This document shows, piece by piece, positions 58,640 to 64,000 of a DNA stretch of 64,000 nucleotides (the first letter of the stretch is position 1; each line of letters starts with the position of its first letter). A program made the translations under genes and the position numbers. Below the pieces are notes generated by a model that worked only from the letters and a program-made list of their open reading frames with translations, made no database searches and was not told the DNA's origin. The DNA comes from Mustelus asterias (lineage: Eukaryota): NCBI RefSeq assembly GCF_964213995.1, contig NW_027590143.1:992001-1056000 (forward strand). The letters are read 5' to 3'.

Positions 58640-60660
58640 AGTTTATAGTTGGCTAATTATCAAATGTAAGATCTTGATTTCCCCCTCCCCCCCCCCCCCC
58701 CAATTCCATGATCACTTTAGCCCCGAGAGCTATATCTAATTTATTCTTGAAATATCAGAACGCCTGTGGTTTCGACACATTCACCACACTCTGACTGAAG
58801 AAATTTCTCCTCACCTCAATTCTAAAAAGATTTACCCCTTATCATCAAACTATGACTGCCAGTTCAGGGCACCCCACCATTGGAAACATTCTTTCTGAAT
58901 CTACCCTGTCTAATCGTCTTAGAATGTTATATGTTTCTATGAGATCCCTTCTCACTCTGCTAAACTCCAGTGAATATAATCCTAACCGAATTAGTCTCTC
59001 ATCATATGACAGACTGTCATCCCAGGAAGCAGCCTGGAAAACCGTTACTGGACATCTTCTACAGCAAGGACATCCTTCCTCTGGTAAGGACACCACAACT
59101 GAAGAAAAAACTCCAGGAGTGGCCTCTCCAATACGTTGTTCCAAGTGCAGCAAGCAATCCTCAACCCTATATAGAAAACCTCTCGCTATGAAAATCAACA
59201 GAGCATTTGCCTTCCTTCCTGCCTGCTGTACCTGCCTGGTTCCTTGCAGTGAATGACACATGAGGAGACCAATGTTTTGATGAGTATCCACATAACTCAA
59301 TTTACATCCATTCAAGTATCAGCTTGTCACAGAATCATAGAAACCCTCCAGTGCAGAAAGGGGCCACCTGGCTCAGCGAGTCTGCACAGACCACAATCCC
59401 ACCCAGGCCCTATCCCCATATCCCTACACATTTACCCACTAATCCCTTTAACCTACGCATCTCAGGACACTAAGGGGCTATTTTTATAGCATGTCCAATC
59501 AACCTAACCCACATATCTTTAGACTGTGGGATGAAACCGGAGCACCCGGAGAAAACCCATGCAGACATGAGGAGAATGTGCAAACTCCACAAAGACAGTG
59601 ACCCAAGCCGGAAATCGAACCCAGGTCCCTGGAGCTGTGAAGCAGCAGTACTAACCACTGTGCTACCGTGTCTTCCTAATATTCCAGCCAAAGTCGATGT
59701 CCTCACAGTGATCCACATTAAACTGCATCTGCCATGCGTCTGACTACATCCTCAGCCTTTCCAAATCACGCTGAATATTCTCTGCATCCTCCTCACGGCA
59801 CACGGCACCCCAGACCGTGACCCCCCCCCCCCACCACCACCCCCCCACCACCCCCCCCCCCCCACCCCCCCGCCATCCCCCGACCCACCCAAATTTATAT
59901 CATCTGCAAATTTGGAGATGATGCATTCAGTTTTCCCTTCTGGAAAAATAAATAAACCACATTCACTGGTTCCCCTCGCTCAACTCCTCCAGTTCCATCC
60001 TCAAATAAATCCAAGCAATTCTAAGCATGATTTCCCTTTTGTAAATCCATGTTGCTTTTGTCTAATAATGCCACTGCCTTCCAACTGCCGAGTTACTAAA
60101 TTCTAGAAATTGTCTCTTGCAACTTCCCCAGGACCGATGTCAGGCTCACTAGTCTATCGTTCTGTGTTTTATCTCTATATCCAGGTCGAAATATCACCTT
60201 CCTCCAATTTGTAGGAACGAGTCCAGAGTCCAATACGAAATTGGGAAAATAACCATCGCTGGATTCACTATTCCTAGGGCAGTTCCTGAATTATTCTGGG
60301 ACGAATGATATCAGGATCTGGAGATTTATCCACCTTCAATCCCATGAATTTCCCCAAAAACATTTCTCCTCCAAAGTAAATTTGCTTCATCTCCTCACTA
60401 TAACTTGTTCCTCTCAGAAATGCTGGTGCGTTATTCATGTCTTCCTTTGTGAAGATCGAAGAAAAATACAAGTTAAGTCCTCGGCTATTACTTTGTTCCC
60501 CGTTATGGGGTCTCCCATTTCTGACAGCAAAGATCCAACTTTTGTCAATCTTTTTTCTCTTTCCATACCGATAGACATTTTTGAAATTCAGTTGTTATAA
60601 TCCCCGCGAGCTTACATTCATCCTCATTATTCCTTTCTTAATCAATCCCTTGCTCCTGCT
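58640..60660 (-). mobile_element. Degenerate CR1 LINE interrupted by an HE1 SINE
   Basis: YFSSIFTKED..LKVDKSPDPD (60274-60471) and LSYDERLIRLGLYSLEFSRVRRDLIETYNIL (58845-59315). Boundaries approximate. Confidence 0.75.
59331..59672 (-). mobile_element. Full-length HE1 SINE (elasmobranch V-SINE)
   Basis: tRNA-like head with A box (TAGCACAGTGG) and B box (GGTTCGATTTCC), central V-domain GTTTGCACATTCTCC...CTCCGGGTGCTCCGGTTTC, and a LINE-derived tail ending TTCTATGATTCT. Confidence 0.9.
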
Positions 60661-60949
60661 TTGCAGAATTTGGGGAAAGACTCTCACTCACGTCCTCCCA
60701 AAAGGCTGGATTGTTAAACAGCGATTGTGCTACTGAGGGTGAATCCGTGATGTGTTTTAGCTTTTCACTAATTCACTACAATTGTATTTTAAGTCTTGCT
60801 GCTACCACAATGCAGTGTGATTGTGGTATCTTGCTGTGCAGGATGTCCTGCAGGATTTCTGAAATGGCCCAGAAACACTTTTGTTTCCTCAGAAACCCTC
60901 TACCCTTCCTGCTGCTGACTTTAATCGATGCACCTTGGATAGTGACCCC

Positions 60950-61290
60950 TCTGCTAAGGCGAAAAAGTTTCTAATTAACTATCTTATCTATATCCCTCAT
61001 AATTTTCTACACCTCAATGATGGACACATCCAGGGTTAATTGTTCAGAGGAAAGCAACACCAGCCTTACCAGACACTCTTCACTGCAGAAACACTGCAGC
61101 CCAGGCAACATCAAGGGGAATGTCCTTTTAGTCCCTTCCAGGCAATCGCATCCTCTTTCTAGTGAGACCACCAGAACTCCTCACAGTACTTCAGCTGAGG
61201 ACAAATGAGCGTTTGATACAGCTCCATCATACCCTTCCTGCTCCTATATTCTACACGTCGGCTAATAAAGGCAACAATCATGTGTGCCTT
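60950..61290 (-). mobile_element. Highly decayed CR1 3' fragment
   Basis: Nucleotide similarity to the CR1 3' copies at 53.7-54.5 kb and 56.7-57.7 kb (e.g. ccagaactcctcacagtact, ggctaataaaggcaa). Confidence 0.5.
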
Positions 61291-61559
61291 CTGAAATATC
61301 TGATCATCAGACGTTAACCACAGGATTGGAAAGTAATATACAATTTATGTTATATTGTGTTTGAAACAGGAAATAAACAACAATCCAAAGATCAATCATC
61401 AAGTCACAACCTGAACAGTGTCAACATAAGTAACTGAACCAACTCTATTAGAGGAAAACAATAACAAGTAACAAAGACTCTGATAAAGAGTCGGTAACAT
61501 ATATTCCAAAATTAACATCATTCTTGAGAGATTTCATGCATTATTTAGCAATTATCAGG

Positions 61560-61900
61560 AATGTTACATGGGATTAGTATGATAGATGTGAGACACTTGA
61601 CTTTCTAAATGACTTTAGTAAGTTACGGCTTAACAGACTTGAGAAATCTGAGAGCAAGTGGAGTTAAAGGACCAGCAGCAGAATGACTAGAAGCTGGTTA
61701 CAAAGACACAACACAGGCAGTGGGAGTTAAAGGGATTTACTCTGATTGCTGGAAGGTGAGAAGTGGTTTTCCACAAGGATCAGCGCTGGGATCACTGACC
61801 TTCACCATTTACATCAACAATATGGAATCAAGAAGCAAAATTATCATTTTAAAATTTACAAACCAATCCAAACTGAGAATGAGAATAACCAGAGTGGACA
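61560..61900 (+). mobile_element. Highly decayed CR1 RT fragment
   Basis: SDCWKVRSGFPQGSALGSLTFTIYINNM (cf. SGVPQGSVLGPLLFxIYINDL). Confidence 0.65.
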
Positions 61901-62040
61901 AACGCACCTAAATGCAGTAACACATTAATAATAACGTATAAACCAGAAAATTCGGTATTCGAATTGTAAATTAATTTCACCACAGCTAATTATCAGGTTC
62001 TGCAATTTGATCTGAATAATACGTTTTTCAGTTACTCCAT

Positions 62041-62960
62041 AGAACATAGAACACTACAGCGCAGTACAGGCCCTTCGGCCCCTGATGTTGCGCCGACTTG
62101 TGAAAAAAATCTAAAGCCCATCTAACCTACACTATTCCAATATCATCCATATGACTATCCAATGACCATCTGGCTAACTTGTAACTCTCAAGCGCCCTAA
62201 CTGAATCTTCATGTCTCATCTTTACATAAGTCTCCTTCTTTCTCGTCACAAGAGATTCAACTTCTTTAGTAAACCACGGTTCCCTCGCTCGACCACTTCC
62301 TCCCTGCCTGACAGGTACATACTTATCAAGGACATGCAGTAGCTGTTCCTTAAACAAGCTCCACATTTCAATTGTGTCCATCCCTTTCAGTTTCCTTCCC
62401 CACCCTATGCATTCTAAAACTCTCCTAATCGCATCATAGTTTCCTTTCCCCCAGCTATAACTCTTGCCCTTCGGTATATACCTATTTCTTTCCATCGCTA
62501 AAGTAAACGTAACAAAATTGTGGTCACTATCACCAAAGTGCTCACCTACCTCCAAATCTAACAACTGGTCTGGTTGATTAGCCAGTACTATATCCAATGT
62601 GGCCTCACCTCTTATTGGCCCATCTACATACTGTGTCAGGAAACTCTCCTGCACACATTGGACAAAAACTGACCCATCTAAAGTACTCGAACTATAGCGT
62701 TTCCAGTCAATATTTGTAAAGTTAAAGTCCCCCATAACAACTACTTTCGCTCCTATCCAGAATCATCTTTGCAATCTTTTCCTCTACATCTCTGGAACTT
62801 TTCGGAGGTCTATAGAAAACTCCCAACAGAGTGACCTCTCCTTTCCTGTTTCTGAACTCAGCCCATACTCCGTCAGTAGACGAGTCCTCATCAAACGTCC
62901 TTACTGCCACCATAATACTGTCCTTGACTAACAATGCCACACTTCCCCCTCTTTTCCCTG
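62041..62960 (-). mobile_element. CR1/HER1 LINE, endonuclease domain fused to 3' tail
   Basis: GGSVALLVKD..GVFYRPP..MGDFN..FLTQYVDGPIRGEATLDIVL..GDSDHN (APE domain) joined to ...LDSHMDDIGIV and tail. Confidence 0.88.
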
Positions 62961-63911
62961 TATGAATCAAGTGTCTGAATGCTTTCGAGGAGTTTGGGGG
63001 GTTGCAGCGATTTGGTTCACAAATCGCTTGAAGCAGCAACACAGTTTATGCAGGAACATAACAATCAGGATAAAAACATTGGAGTCATTTCCAGATTAAT
63101 GGAAATGTGAACAAATCACAAAATGTTTGACAAACAATCACAGAATACTGCAAGTAAGTTATTTGGTTGCTTAAATATCAGGAAAAGCTGAAGCCTGTTT
63201 CCTTTCAATATAAAACCAATATCGGGAACTTTCACATCATACAACGGCCACCAAACATCATTAGAACAAAATTTCTTCCTATTTTCAAAATGTTCCAAAT
63301 ATAAAAGACCGAGACAGATCCATAGAATGGACAACTCACTCACCAATTTAAAAAAACATTTATTTAAAATTGAACCAACTTATTTAATTCCAGTTCTTTT
63401 CCTAAAAAAAATATAATTCTACATGGACAGATTGTGCAATGGACAGATGGATACTTCGATTAGATAGTTCACTCAGGTGAAAGAACCCAAATCAGTACAA
63501 TTATACACTGAAAAATATACCCTGTAACACTTGTTCACTGGTGTCAGATATTCCGCTCTGGTTGGTGACCCACGAACAAAGTTCGATTTTTATGCTTACT
63601 GCCATGAAATGTTATTTCAGAGAGATCACCTTTACTGAGGTCCAATCTAACAATGCATAAGATTCCACTCAATATAATAACTTCATGGATCAGAGCCTAT
63701 GAATTACATGCAGAGGTTTGTCAGGTGAAGAAAAAAGGATCAATACCATAGAGATATTAGATACCATTGGATTTAAGTAACTTACATTGTTCATCTGGTG
63801 TCTGTATAACAGTGACAATGAGATCAACTTGGAACAATTTCAGACAGAGTTTAAAATCAGTGAGCCGCTCACACACAGATTTACACAACCTCAATGGTTA
63901 CAGTCACTTAC

Positions 63912-63978
63912 CAGGAATACCAATAATGGCAATGATTGGGTAGATTATTTTCTCAGCTATATTTACTGGATACAGCAT
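63912..63978 (-). CDS. Exon 1 of the GPR139-like GPCR
   Basis: MLYPVNIAEKIIYPIIAIIGIP + G|GTAAGT. The phase-1 join to 51371 gives ...IIGIPVNLLGIVIL, completing TM1. Total CDS 969 nt = 322 aa; intron 12,540 bp. Confidence 0.88.
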
Positions 63979-64000
63979 TTTCAGTGTGAAGTGATGTGTC

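Noticed and set aside
59600-59672. tRNA gene
   Set aside because: The A and B boxes belong to the head of an HE1 SINE.

Overview
Eukaryotic DNA, almost certainly from a shark (HE1 V-SINEs, CR1/HER1 LINEs, NAR-type V gene). The minus strand at 5.1-8.3 kb holds a complete germline NAR-TCR cassette: leader exon, IgNAR-like V (22-RSS), one D (12/12-RSS), a NAR-type J (22-RSS) and a leaderless supporting TCR-delta V whose 23-RSS is triplicated. About 435 bp upstream of the leader ATG begins a ~41 kb CA-rich satellite (8.7-50.0 kb). Its basic unit is CACAGTG + a 12-nt block (ATACACACTGAC) + (AC)n, which has the geometry of a degenerate 12-RSS; some copies have 7/9 nonamer matches. The far edge of the satellite coincides with a splice-donor-like site and a phased array of 12 CCAAT boxes that starts 4 bp after the stop codon of an intact two-exon GPR139-like GPCR (322 aa, 12.5 kb intron). 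The rest is transposon debris: an ERV 5' LTR with a tRNA-Phe PBS, a Penelope-like element with a TSD nested in a CR1, and many CR1 and HE1 pieces. The hundreds of Cys/Val-rich ORFs are satellite artefacts. Coordinates were counted by hand and repeat boundaries are approximate.
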